Below are positions 20,657 through 30,407 of a stretch of 64,000 nt of DNA, piece after piece. The stretch is taken from positions 64,001-128,000 of the forward strand of contig CAWBZI010000005.1 in the NCBI GenBank assembly GCA_963793265.1. The letters run 5' to 3'. How positions within the stretch are numbered: the stretch's first letter is position 1; each line of letters opens with the position of its first letter. Below the pieces are notes generated by a model, which worked only from the letters and a program-made list of their open reading frames with translations, was not told where the DNA came from and searched no databases. Source of the DNA: an uncultured cyanobacterium (GTDB lineage Bacteria; Cyanobacteriota; Cyanobacteriia; Phormidesmidales; Phormidesmidaceae). The position numbers and the translations under genes were made by a program.

Positions 20657-20758
20657 CTAAAGTAATTGCTCCAAAATCGTCGGGTCTTGAATCTTGCTGT
20701 CCTTAGCTAACAACAGCGCTTTAGAAATGACTTCTGCCGTCTTGGGGTCGTCGTCTTC
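20657..20758 (-). pseudogene. 3'-terminal remnant of a DUF4132/DUF5724-type large protein gene
   Basis: Reads EDDDPKTAEVISKALLLAKDSKIQDPTILEQLL*; no start codon, in-frame TAA immediately upstream. Confidence 0.65.
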
Positions 20759-20770
20759 TTATATCTGCTT

Positions 20771-21223
20771 CTATCCGCCCACCAATGCAACCAGTCTTAA
20801 AAAGGTCAGCCGACTTTCCGCCTGAAGGGGCACCGTAGCGTCCAGATCTTCCTGCTGAACATCGTCTAAAAACACATAGTAGAGCCCGTCTATAAAGCCC
20901 AAAATAGCCACATCTACAGCGGCTTTCACGTCCACAGGCTGTACAGAATCGGATGGCTCAAAGTTCTGCTGACCCAGCGACACCTTGCCCTGAGCCAAAC
21001 CGCGATCAATATCATCTCTACTCAATATCTTTTGCAGCCGCCGCTCAATCTGACGTTCTTCAAACGCCGCTACCTCTGAGTGCACCACACAAACAATTAA
21101 ATCTCTGAGGGTGAAAGGCTTACCGCCCTCACCCACCGAAGGCGGCAGCGGCACCGACCAGTCTGGAAACAGCGGACGGCGGCGACCTAATACCTTGCCT
21201 TCAACCGTAATCACACTCGCCAT
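20771..21223 (-). CDS. Hypothetical protein ending in diglycine, typical upstream partner of DUF4132-type genes
   Basis: FIDGLYYVFLD...TFLRLVALVGG*. Confidence 0.75.
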   Translation of the reverse strand: MASVITVEGKVLGRRRPLFPDWSVPLPPSVGEGGKPFTLRDLIVCVVHSEVAAFEERQIERRLQKILSRDDIDRGLAQGKVSLGQQNFEPSDSVQPVDVKAAVDVAILGFIDGLYYVFLDDVQQEDLDATVPLQAESRLTFLRLVALVGG

Positions 21224-21283
21224 GACCCACCACATTCAAGTAGTTCATGCGAACTATATCACAGACAACAATATCTCGTCGAA

Positions 21284-22390
21284 TTAGGCCGGAATCGCCG
21301 GATTCAGTCCCAGCGCTTCCATCACCCGCTTCGTATCGAAATACTGCTCCATCAGGTGCTTAATGCACTCCACCTTAATCGGCTCATGCAGCCGCACCTG
21401 CTCAAACGCCTGCTCGATTGCCTCCACCGTCGAGAGCGTATCCAAATCCACCGACAAAATTGGCACTTCCAAATCATTCGCCCGGTTCAAAATGTCCTCT
21501 CTCGGAGACAGCCGACCCGTCAGCACCAGGCACTGCGTCGAGCTTTCTAACGCCGCCATTTGAATATCGAATCTGTCGCCCCCCGTCACCACCGCCATAT
21601 TGTGCGCCTGGTTGAAATATCGCAGCGCCGAATTCGCATTCATCGCCCCAATCGAAATTTCTTCCACCATAATCTGGTCTAAACGCTCAGTCTTATTCAG
21701 CATCTCAGCATTGAGCTGATGCACCAGCGCCTCCACACTCACGCTGCGCATAATCGCCGTACGCGGCAAAATGCCAAACACCTTAATATCCCGATGCTCT
21801 AAAAACTGCTTCACCGGATTCAGCGCGTTCTCCATCAGCGACTCGGGCACATCATTAATCACCACGCCCAGCAGCTTATCGCCCAGCTTTTGCTTCGCCG
21901 CCAGCAGCTTATCCACCACCAGCGCCGACTGATAGCGCGTCACCAAAATCACCGCCGCCCCGCTCATCTGCGCCATATCCGGCAGCGATAGCCCAAACAG
22001 CGATCCCTCGTCCAAATCGCCCGGCCCCTCAATTAGCAAGACATCTTCGCCCTCACCTTTGAGCGCATCTTCTAGGGCAGATGGTGAAACCAGCTTTTCC
22101 TGAGTGAGCTGCTGAGCGATCGTGTCCTCATCTAAAGCAAACAGCGTCGGGCGAACTCTGCTTTTATCCAGCTTGAGCGTACTGCTAATGAATCGAACGT
22201 CTTCATCTATAGCATCATCACTTTCGCTGGGGCAGGTGCCGATTGGCTTGGCGTAGGCGATGTCTAGACCGTGCGATCGCAACTGCAAAGCCAACCCCAA
22301 AACGGTAGCCGACTTCCCGCTATACGACTCTACAGAGCCAATCAGCAAACGCTGAGACGAACGATCAGATCTGGATGACTGGTGGCTCAC
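21284..22390 (-). CDS. Phosphotransacetylase N-terminal-like (DRTGG domain) protein
   Basis: SYSGKS P-loop, VVTGGDR; AGGAG before the GTG at 22390. Confidence 0.85.
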   Translation of the reverse strand: MSHQSSRSDRSSQRLLIGSVESYSGKSATVLGLALQLRSHGLDIAYAKPIGTCPSESDDAIDEDVRFISSTLKLDKSRVRPTLFALDEDTIAQQLTQEKLVSPSALEDALKGEGEDVLLIEGPGDLDEGSLFGLSLPDMAQMSGAAVILVTRYQSALVVDKLLAAKQKLGDKLLGVVINDVPESLMENALNPVKQFLEHRDIKVFGILPRTAIMRSVSVEALVHQLNAEMLNKTERLDQIMVEEISIGAMNANSALRYFNQAHNMAVVTGGDRFDIQMAALESSTQCLVLTGRLSPREDILNRANDLEVPILSVDLDTLSTVEAIEQAFEQVRLHEPIKVECIKHLMEQYFDTKRVMEALGLNPAIPA

Positions 22391-22546
22391 GCCGATAAAC
22401 TCCTTACACGGGGGCTGCTTAAGCAAAAAAGAGCCAGCCTAACCCAGGTTGTGTAGGGTCTGACCAGCTCTTTGCATTAAATATAAGTTATTTCAGGAAT
22501 CGAAACCATCAAGTTATGGAATTCGACCAGCTAAAATACTGGCCTG

Positions 22547-22921
22547 TTATTCATCCATCCGCAGCAGCTTGCGATAGAAGCTCTGACCAAAATCAGGCTC
22601 CTGATCCTGGTTCATCGCCACTACCACCGTGATCAAAAAGTCCACAAACTCAAACGTCGCCATCGTGATCTCATAAGTGAGTTCAGCGTCACCATCAAAC
22701 TGCATTCGGCAGCGGGTGAGGTCGGCGGGCAGCATCGAAACATTCCACGTCGCTAAAAAAGAGATGCTGTCGGTGCCCTCAATTTTGCGTTCGCCTTCAA
22801 TATTGGCCTGCTTGTAAAGGCCAATGGCATAGGGCAAAGCGTTGCGTTTTTTGCCCTGATAGTACGGCAGATACACGCTGGCCTCTGCTTTGTTGGCAGG
22901 CTTGATAGATTTAAGCGACAT
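22547..22921 (-). CDS. ebsA: Type IV pilus/biofilm-suppression protein EbsA
   Basis: YLPYYQG...LPYAIGLY...EGERKIEG...LPADLTRC. Confidence 0.85.
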   Translation of the reverse strand: MSLKSIKPANKAEASVYLPYYQGKKRNALPYAIGLYKQANIEGERKIEGTDSISFLATWNVSMLPADLTRCRMQFDGDAELTYEITMATFEFVDFLITVVVAMNQDQEPDFGQSFYRKLLRMDE

Positions 22922-23081
22922 AGCGGCTTTTTGTAACGGTTCTTCGCTTTAGAATGCCCGCCTGAGCCGTTAACTTAATCACAGCTTCATAGGTCAGACG
23001 CAGGCCGATAGGAAAAGAGAAGGATGAGGGAATATGGTTAAATTAAGAAATATTTGTTAAGGGATCTAAACAAAAATACGC

Positions 23082-24461
23082 ATGTCAGATTTCGCTGAAA
23101 CGCTCGCGCCCGAGTTAGACCCAGAAGTGGACTTGGCCTTTAACGCTGAGCTATTTAAGGGATATGCCGGAAGGCGGTTAAAAGCAGCGATCGCCCTCGC
23201 TATTTTATGGGTCATCACCCTCATACTCCACCTCGTTCCCTGGGGTCAAACCCTGGTGTTCATCATCGCCGGGCTCATGAGCATCCACGCCCTGCGCGTC
23301 ATGCTTGCCAAGCCGTTGACTGCGCCTGAAGCGTTGCCTTCAGTCTCAGAAAGTTCAGCGATCGCCCCTACCCTTCCCTACGTCTCGCTCATCGTCGCCG
23401 CCAAAAACGAAGAGCACGTCATCGGCAAACTCGTCGAGTCTTTACTACACATCGACTATCCCACCTCACGCTACGACCTGTGGATTATCGACGACTACAG
23501 CACTGACAAGACGCCCCAAATCCTCGACAACTTAGCCCAAAGCTACCCTCGCCTCAACGTCATCCACAGAGGCCCCGATGCAACGGGTGGTAAGTCTGGT
23601 GCACTCAACTTGGTATGGCCGCAGACTAGAGGCGACATTTTGGCCGTGTTCGATGCTGACGCGCGCGTGAGTCATGATCTGCTGCGTCATGTAGTGCCTA
23701 TGTTTGACGCTAAGCAAGGCGGTGGCAAGACTGGGGCCGTGCAGGTACGGAAGGCGATCGCGAACGCTACTACAAACTTTTGGACGCGCGGGCAAAAAGC
23801 TGAAATGGCCCTCGATAGCTACATGCAGGAGCGGCGGATTGCCATTGGCGGCATTGGTGAGCTGCGCGGCAACGGCCAGTTTGTGCGGCGAAGTGCGATC
23901 GCTCAGTGCGGCGGCTGGAACGAAGAAACCATCACCGACGATCTCGATCTCACCATTCAGCTTCACATTCATCAGTGGAACATCGGCCTGCTCTTTACCC
24001 CACCCGTCGAAGAAGAAGGCGTGACCACCGCTAAGGCACTCTGGCATCAGCGCAACCGTTGGGCAGAAGGCGGCTTTCAGCGCTATTTGGACTACTGGCG
24101 ACAGCTTGCGAAAAACAAGCTGGGCTGGCAAAAGTCAATTGATATGGCAGGCTTTTGGATTATTCAATACATGATGCCTGCGGTCGTCGTGCCCGATTTT
24201 GCGATCGCCCTCATCCGCCATCAGCTCCCTGTCTTTGGCCCCATCACCCTCTTAGGCATCGTTCTTTCTCTATGGGGCATGTTCAAAACCCTCCGCCGCG
24301 CCGAAAAAACCGCCCCCTGGATCGCCTGCATCCAAACCATTCGCGGCACAGTTTACATGCTGCATTGGGTGCTAGTCATTGCCACAATGGCTATGCGGAT
24401 TTCGATACGACCCAAGAAACTAAAGTGGGTGAAAACGGTTCACGGTTCGACGACAGCATAG
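23082..24461 (+). CDS. mgdA: GT2 glycosyltransferase, likely monoglucosyldiacylglycerol synthase
   Basis: D, DAD, TDD and QRNRW motifs; GIGELRGNGQF. Confidence 0.8.
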   Translation: MSDFAETLAPELDPEVDLAFNAELFKGYAGRRLKAAIALAILWVITLILHLVPWGQTLVFIIAGLMSIHALRVMLAKPLTAPEALPSVSESSAIAPTLPYVSLIVAAKNEEHVIGKLVESLLHIDYPTSRYDLWIIDDYSTDKTPQILDNLAQSYPRLNVIHRGPDATGGKSGALNLVWPQTRGDILAVFDADARVSHDLLRHVVPMFDAKQGGGKTGAVQVRKAIANATTNFWTRGQKAEMALDSYMQERRIAIGGIGELRGNGQFVRRSAIAQCGGWNEETITDDLDLTIQLHIHQWNIGLLFTPPVEEEGVTTAKALWHQRNRWAEGGFQRYLDYWRQLAKNKLGWQKSIDMAGFWIIQYMMPAVVVPDFAIALIRHQLPVFGPITLLGIVLSLWGMFKTLRRAEKTAPWIACIQTIRGTVYMLHWVLVIATMAMRISIRPKKLKWVKTVHGSTTA

Positions 24462-24469
24462 GGCGTGGA

Positions 24470-25282
24470 CTAGGTATTTATCCGCTTTTGTGGTGCTGTT
24501 ACAACCCGCACTATCATCACGACCAATCCAACCGACAGGCCCACACCCAGAATGCTGATGACCGGAATAGCGCCGATGTGGCGAATTGCGATCGCTACCA
24601 AAGCCCACACCACCACACCCGGATAAACAGCATCCCTGTACCGCAAAGCAATCAGCCCGCCAATCGCAGCGCTGACGCACATCATCACGACCGTCCACAC
24701 GATGTCATTGGTTGAAGCGCTATTCACCACGCCCAGCACAGTTTCCACTGGCTCAGGCGAGCGATTCGTCATATACAGTGCACCTGCCACATTAACGACA
24801 GCCGCCACCGTAATCCAGCCAAAATAAACGCTAATAGGGGCCTGCATCAGCCAGCGAGCCTTACGGGTTGGCTTTACCAAGCGCGTTTGCACATAGGCAA
24901 AGGCCAAGCAGACCAAAATGCCCAGCATCAGCACCACCGATAGCCAGAAATTAAACGTCAAGAAGGCGTACAGCCAAACTATTTGAAACAGACAGGCACC
25001 AATCAGCGCATAAGACACCTTGGAAATCGTCGAGCTATCTCTTTGAGCAGGCAAAAGCTGATACACGCTGTAGGCAATTAGAGCGATGTAAATGAGCCCC
25101 CAAATCGCAAAGGCATAGCCTTCTGGCGTAATTAGCACCCCGCTCAAAATTGTGTTGGAAACTTCGCCCGTATTTTTACCAGCAGGCGGATAGACATTGG
25201 AAAGGCCATTGATCGCGATCGCCATCAAAACCGCCACCGCCGTCAGCCATCGCCCGATGCCCGCACTCATCGTCTTTTGCAT
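24470..25282 (-). CDS. TspO/MBR-like tryptophan-rich membrane protein
   Basis: ITPEGYAFAIWGLIY, SVYFGWITVA. Confidence 0.75.
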   Translation of the reverse strand: MQKTMSAGIGRWLTAVAVLMAIAINGLSNVYPPAGKNTGEVSNTILSGVLITPEGYAFAIWGLIYIALIAYSVYQLLPAQRDSSTISKVSYALIGACLFQIVWLYAFLTFNFWLSVVLMLGILVCLAFAYVQTRLVKPTRKARWLMQAPISVYFGWITVAAVVNVAGALYMTNRSPEPVETVLGVVNSASTNDIVWTVVMMCVSAAIGGLIALRYRDAVYPGVVVWALVAIAIRHIGAIPVISILGVGLSVGLVVMIVRVVTAPQKRINT

Positions 25283-25569
25283 ACTTTTCTACCCACTTAC
25301 AGCTAACCCTCACCGTAGTTGAAACAGGTAGCCCAAAACCTATAGCTTCGGCAGTATGTTTCCATGGTCTTCAAGTATCTATTCGTCCTCCGATCAAGTG
25401 GTGCATTGAAATCACCAACTTCGACTTCACCGTCATCAATGCATGTTAAGCAATACGAACTTTCTTTCGCGCTGCTTAGCGTTTTGCAAGGATTTTTCAT
25501 CTATTAAAGAGTTTTCGTTGGCTAAGGTAAAAGAACTCACGAAATACCTTTTTGGCACTCTTTAAGACA

Positions 25570-26103
25570 ATGAACATTTCAAAGCTTCCTTCGCCGCTGA
25601 CTCGCAGACAGTTCAACTGGGACACCTTAGTTTTGACGGTGGTAGCCTTTTGGCTGAGCGCTAGCGTACTGATGGACTTTTTTATGATGCCGATGATGTA
25701 CGAGTCCGGCATGATGAATGAGCCTAATTTTGCAACGGCTGGCTATAGCTTGTTTTGGATGTTCAACCGAGTAGAGCTACTGTGTGCGGGCGCAATTATG
25801 AGCGGTCTGCTGGCACTGCGCCAAAGACGGAGCCGGTTTGATGTACAGGTCAGCGGTTCTCAAAGTCGGTGGGCACTGATGCTGAGCGGATTGTTGATGG
25901 CGATCGCACTCCTCTACACCTACGTGCTCACCCCGCAAATGAGCGCACTGGGCATGAACCTCAGCATGGACTTCACTGCCCCTGCCCCCGAGGCCATGGG
26001 CTACATGCACGTTCTCTACTGGGGCCTAGAAGCCGTGAAGCTATTCGCCGCTGCCTGGCTCGTGAAGCTTTGCTACCGTGATGTGGCTGCAATGTTTGAG
26101 TAA
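25570..26103 (+). CDS. DUF4149-like membrane protein
   Basis: 4 TMs; FNRVELLC, LTPQM, H..YWGLE. Confidence 0.7.
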   Translation: MNISKLPSPLTRRQFNWDTLVLTVVAFWLSASVLMDFFMMPMMYESGMMNEPNFATAGYSLFWMFNRVELLCAGAIMSGLLALRQRRSRFDVQVSGSQSRWALMLSGLLMAIALLYTYVLTPQMSALGMNLSMDFTAPAPEAMGYMHVLYWGLEAVKLFAAAWLVKLCYRDVAAMFE

Positions 26104-26133
26104 GCGCCTCACAGCCTACCTCTTGAATAAACT

Positions 26134-26174
26134 AAGCGCCCGATGCAGTTCTTCATTCTGCGTCGGGCGTTTTA
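26134..26174. terminator. Hairpin between convergent genes
   Basis: GCGCCCGATGCAG...CTGCGTCGGGCGT followed by a T-tract. Confidence 0.7.
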
Positions 26175-26457
26175 TTCTGGAATATCGCTATCGGGCCATA
26201 GCAGCCGCACGGCTAGCAGGCCAAATCCGATTGCGGCGATGCCTTTGACGACCTTTTCGGGGAGGAGAGCAGCGGTGCTTTCGCCTAAAAGGACGCTGAT
26301 TAGACGAGGCGAGTAGAAGGGCGCAGGCTGAGCCTAAGAAGACGGCTTTGGGGGAGGAGGTGGAGCCGCCGAGTGCGATCGCTGCCAACTGACTCTTATC
26401 ACCTAGCTCTGAGACAAAAACGGTCACAAAGCTGACCAGCAAAAGTTGAAAATCCAT
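26172..26457 (-). CDS. TMEM165/GDT1 (UPF0016) half-size Mn transporter subunit with +1 frameshift near 26304
   Basis: ELGDKSQ motif; removing one base at 26304 restores LISVLLGESTAALLPEKVVKGIAAIGFGLLAVRLLWPDSDIPE*. Confidence 0.8.
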
Positions 26458-26484
26458 ATCACTACCTCACTTACTGGCCCACAC

Positions 26485-26850
26485 TTACTGGCCCAAAATA
26501 TCGCCAACCAAACCAATCGTAATTAGCAATAGTAAAATCCCAGCGCAGGTATCAAGCGTTTCTTCCGAAACCCGCTTAGACATCCACTGGCCGAGTAGCA
26601 CACCTACCAGGCTCGTCGAAACTAGAGCCAGCCCAGCCCCTAAGAAAACCACGAATGGAGCCTGAGACTCTGCGCTTAGTAGCAGCGTAGCCACCTGAGT
26701 TTTATCGCCTAGCTCTGCTAAGAAAATGGTGATGAACGTTGAGAAAAAGACGCCCCAAAACGCATTTGGCTTATCGTCAAGAGTGGGTTCAACCACAGGC
26801 AGTTCGATAGGCGAATTAGAGTCAGGCGGCGCAGATTTGGGGAGGCTCAC
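26485..26850 (-). CDS. TMEM165/GDT1 (UPF0016) half-size Mn transporter subunit
   Basis: ELGDKTQ motif; 3 TMs. Confidence 0.9.
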   Translation of the reverse strand: MSLPKSAPPDSNSPIELPVVEPTLDDKPNAFWGVFFSTFITIFLAELGDKTQVATLLLSAESQAPFVVFLGAGLALVSTSLVGVLLGQWMSKRVSEETLDTCAGILLLLITIGLVGDILGQ

Positions 26851-26930
26851 AGTAAACGCGATTTTTATATTTTTTCATTATCTGTAAAGCCGACCACATG
26901 CGCAATCGTCAGCTAACTGCGGCCTAGTCG

Positions 26931-27314
26931 CTAATCTTCAGCAGTCAGCTCTATCACCTGACTCTCGATGCCCACAGCCTCGTAAAACCGATCTATCTCA
27001 GCGCTGCGATTGCCGTACACGCCCGTAATCTGCTGCTCGCAGCATTCAATGGCAAAGTCGTTTAGCTCAGTGGGTGGCACATGGTAGAGCTGTTCAAAGG
27101 TGTCAGGTTGGACGCGGCAAAAGTTAGGGCGTTCGTCGTAGATACGGCAGTTGCGCTCGGCTTTGTCGTAGTTGATGCACCAGCCGTCATCACCGACCAT
27201 GCTCATGTACAGCGATAGCTCTGTCGGGGATAGATAGTCAGAGAGATCGGGGCGGTCTGCTGGGTCGAGCTGGCAGCAGGCACCGCAGTTTTTTACGCAC
27301 TGCCAAGTAGCCAT
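26931..27314 (-). CDS. YkgJ-family cysteine cluster protein
   Basis: CxxxCxxCC, C, CRIYDERP..C. Confidence 0.9.
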   Translation of the reverse strand: MATWQCVKNCGACCQLDPADRPDLSDYLSPTELSLYMSMVGDDGWCINYDKAERNCRIYDERPNFCRVQPDTFEQLYHVPPTELNDFAIECCEQQITGVYGNRSAEIDRFYEAVGIESQVIELTAED

Positions 27315-27507
27315 TTTGAAGAAATGAAAGGGTTAGAACACTCTTTAGTTGAACATAAATAATGCGACTTTTGAAAAATTAGAACGATGTAAACAAAAGT
27401 TACATAGCGGGCCACAAAGGGCAACGGCGGCTCCCGCCAACAGGTACAATGCTTTTGAGTAAATATTGACGCAATAAGTGGTTCGGCTAGAACTGTTCGG
27501 AGGATAA

Positions 27508-27660
27508 ATGGATCTTTTAGCAATAAGTTTGGGTAACCCCCTGTCTTTTCTAGGTGGTATTGATTTTGTACTGATCGCTCAGCTTACGATGCTGGCTTTG
27601 GTCGTCATTTCTGGCCCTGCTGTCGTGTTCTTGCTAGCCCTTCGAGGCGGCGACCTGTAA
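27508..27660 (+). CDS. psb30: Photosystem II subunit Psb30 (Ycf12); absent from the ORF track
   Basis: 50 aa MDLL...IAQLTMLALVVISGPAVVFLLALRGGDL*; GGAGG RBS at 27499-27503. Confidence 0.93.
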   Translation: MDLLAISLGNPLSFLGGIDFVLIAQLTMLALVVISGPAVVFLLALRGGDL

Positions 27661-27711
27661 GTTTTTAGCGCCTGTAGGGTTTCTATTCTGATAGGTCTTT
27701 AATAATTCCTT

Positions 27712-27750
27712 GAATTCCCTTGTTCTACAGTTAGTAGCGAGGGAATTTTT
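27712..27750. terminator. Hairpin between convergent psb30 and ispD
   Basis: GAATTCCCT...AGGGAATTT followed by a T-tract. Confidence 0.65.
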
Positions 27751-27768
27751 GCATTCTGCGATGAGCTT

Positions 27769-28455
27769 TTACTGCCGGTTGCGCTGCTGAAGAATGAGCT
27801 GTGCGATCGCTAAATCAATCGGCGTCGTCACCTTCAAATTCGTCTCTTCACCTTCAACAATGCTCACTGGCACCCCGCATTTTTCCAACAGCGCCGCATC
27901 ATCGGTGACCTGCCAGTTCTCGCGATCGCCCCGATTATGACACTCCTTTAATAAATCTACCTCAAACCCCTGTGGTGTCTGCGCAGCCCAAAGCCTTGAG
28001 CGCTCAGGCGTATTCGTAATTACGCCCTGCTCATCCACCTCTTTAATCGTGTCTTTTACGGGCACCGCCGTAATAAAGCCCTTTGTCTTCAAAGCCGCCG
28101 CTGCACAGCGTTCAAACAGTTCAGGCGTCGCTAAGCATCGCGCACCATCGTGGATCAGTACGTGATTAGCATTCACTGGGAGCGATCGCACCCCGTTAAA
28201 CACAGACGCCTGCCGCGTATCGCCGCCTTGAATAAAGGCCACCGTTTTATTGACCTTGCACTCGCTTCTAATTTGCTCAATCACCGGCATATCTAGCGGC
28301 TGACAGATAATGCCAATCCACTTAATGCTGGGTGCAGCCGCAGCGGCTTCTAGCGTCCAAGACAATATAGGACGGCCAAATAGAGTCATGAGCAGTTTGT
28401 TGCGATCGCTGCCCATGCGACGGCCTACGCCTGCTGCTGCCAAAAGTAAATGCAT
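27769..28455 (-). CDS. ispD: 2-C-methyl-D-erythritol 4-phosphate cytidylyltransferase
   Basis: AAGVGRRMG..RNK, HDGAR, AQTPQ, NLKVTTP. Confidence 0.97.
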   Translation of the reverse strand: MHLLLAAAGVGRRMGSDRNKLLMTLFGRPILSWTLEAAAAAPSIKWIGIICQPLDMPVIEQIRSECKVNKTVAFIQGGDTRQASVFNGVRSLPVNANHVLIHDGARCLATPELFERCAAAALKTKGFITAVPVKDTIKEVDEQGVITNTPERSRLWAAQTPQGFEVDLLKECHNRGDRENWQVTDDAALLEKCGVPVSIVEGEETNLKVTTPIDLAIAQLILQQRNRQ

Positions 28456-28666
28456 AGATGATTAACGGTGGTAGATATTAGCTTCAGTAGATAGGTGAAA
28501 CAATGACTGCGAGCAAATGTGAACAAACAGCAATTAGCCTGTAGCTTAGAGCACCGTTTCTACCTAATTTACGGGTGATTTCGGTTTTATTCCTAACGGC
28601 AAGCGCGTTAACTCCCAACGTCACTTAAGATAGTGAACGGATAAAAGTATCAAGATTTTAACCCGC

Positions 28667-29644
28667 ATGCGTATACTGGCCCTAGTCCCTGGCGGCATCA
28701 GCGATCAGCTTTTGTTTTTCCCAGCCTTAGAAGATATCAAGAAGGTATACCCAAACGCGGAGATCGCGGTCGTTGCTGAACCGAAGGCGACCGCCGCCTA
28801 CCGAGTTTCAAAAATTGTCGATCTCGTTATACCGTTTGCCTTTTCAGGGGCCAACAGTCCTTCTGACTGGGCGAATTTGTTGGGGATTATCCGCGATCGC
28901 GAATACGAAGTCGCCATCACCAGCAATACCAAATGGGGCACAGGCTTACTACTGTGGCTCAGCGGCGTACCCACGCGAATTGCCTACAACACAACCGGCA
29001 CACCTTGGTTTTACACGGCAACCGTACCCGACAACGCTCAGGGCGATCCCCAATATCAGGCAGAGCGCTACCACGATTTGCTCAGCGCGATTAATATTGA
29101 TGGCGCTACGCCGCTGCCGACGATTAATGTGCCTGAAGCCGATGTGACTTGGGCCAATGCTTTGCGCGATCGCCTCAACCTAAAGAGTGGCTACGTGCTG
29201 ATGTATCCCGGCCCTGCGACAGGTAACGGCGACAACGGCGCTAGCTATCCTACTGCTAGCTGGCAAACCCTGATCAAAGACTTTCGTGAGAAACAGCCCA
29301 ACCTCCCTGTGGTGCTACTACAAACAGACGACAGCGCTGGGCAAGTCAACCTGTTAAAGCAGGCAGACGCCACGCTCATTGTCGCCACCGCAGGCAACTT
29401 AGGTCAGGCTGCCGCTATCATCGCGGGCGCTGATTTGATGCTTAGCCCAGATAGCCATATCATGCAGCTAGCCGTTGCGCTCAAAGTGTTTACGCTAGCC
29501 CTCTTCGGCAAAAATAAGCCCGAAGAAATGCTGCCACCCATTCAGGGTGAGGAAACTCGCTTCTTAGGGATTCCGTCTAGCACTAGCAAAGTCGCTGATA
29601 TTGAGCCCGAGGCCGTTTTACAAAAAGTGTGGGGCGGCAGCTAA
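28667..29644 (+). CDS. Glycosyltransferase family 9 protein
   Basis: GGISDQLLFFP; DSHIMQLAVAL...ALFG. Confidence 0.85.
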   Translation: MRILALVPGGISDQLLFFPALEDIKKVYPNAEIAVVAEPKATAAYRVSKIVDLVIPFAFSGANSPSDWANLLGIIRDREYEVAITSNTKWGTGLLLWLSGVPTRIAYNTTGTPWFYTATVPDNAQGDPQYQAERYHDLLSAINIDGATPLPTINVPEADVTWANALRDRLNLKSGYVLMYPGPATGNGDNGASYPTASWQTLIKDFREKQPNLPVVLLQTDDSAGQVNLLKQADATLIVATAGNLGQAAAIIAGADLMLSPDSHIMQLAVALKVFTLALFGKNKPEEMLPPIQGEETRFLGIPSSTSKVADIEPEAVLQKVWGGS

Positions 29645-29722
29645 CGCGCCTGCGATCGCCATACGATTGTTGGCGCTCATCTATGCAAACCTTATCGTCG
29701 TCAAAAACTGTCGCCAAAAACT

Positions 29723-30388
29723 ATGGATAGTATTCAAATACAGGCTTCTAAGCTTTGGAACCTGTTGTTTTCGGACGAAACAGCCGCAACCTACCAAAAG
29801 ACGCTCAATCTAACAGGCACCATCCTTAAGGAAACTGCTCAGCTCGTTTGGCTAATTATTTGCTCAGCGTTTGTATTTGGAGCCTGGTTCGCAGATACGT
29901 CTGTTCAAGCAGGCAAAGGCATTCGCAATTGGTTGGATAGAAAGGTCGATCCTGATAGTGTGCCGACCGATCCAGAGGCGATCGCCGACAAAGGCAAAAG
30001 CCTACTCGATACAGGCCGAGTTGGGATGGCGAATCTGCTCAATCAAGCCCGCGAACAGCTTGGCATTGAGCCCCAAGAAATGCCTGCGATCGACCGCGCT
30101 GCGAAAGCAATTAAGCCAGATAAGCCGACTGAGCCCGCTAAGCTACCGACCTCTGCGGCTTCCACAAGTTCTTCTACCACCACTTCAACGGCTTCTACGC
30201 CGTCATCGACGCTCCCAACTAACAAACCGTTTGATAAAAGCGCTGATACGACTGTTGAACCTACCCCTGCGCCCAGCACTCAAACCGTAGGCAGCAGCGT
30301 TGGAGCAGGTAGCCCTAGCTCAGATGATAGTGATGTTGAGATCACAAGAGAAGACGTATACGACGAAAGTACTCAGTACGACGACTAA
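29723..30388 (+). CDS. Hypothetical protein with one TM and a Ser/Thr-rich tail
   Basis: Long ORF co-oriented with the upstream gene. Confidence 0.7.
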   Translation: MDSIQIQASKLWNLLFSDETAATYQKTLNLTGTILKETAQLVWLIICSAFVFGAWFADTSVQAGKGIRNWLDRKVDPDSVPTDPEAIADKGKSLLDTGRVGMANLLNQAREQLGIEPQEMPAIDRAAKAIKPDKPTEPAKLPTSAASTSSSTTTSTASTPSSTLPTNKPFDKSADTTVEPTPAPSTQTVGSSVGAGSPSSDDSDVEITREDVYDESTQYDD

Positions 30389-30407
30389 CGCTTGTAGCTC
30401 AACCTCT

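Noticed and set aside
23532..24131. 199-aa antisense ORF, and similar shadow ORFs such as 12575..13168, 16768..17307 and 62464..62970
   Set aside because: They lie wholly opposite well-supported genes and show no recognisable motifs
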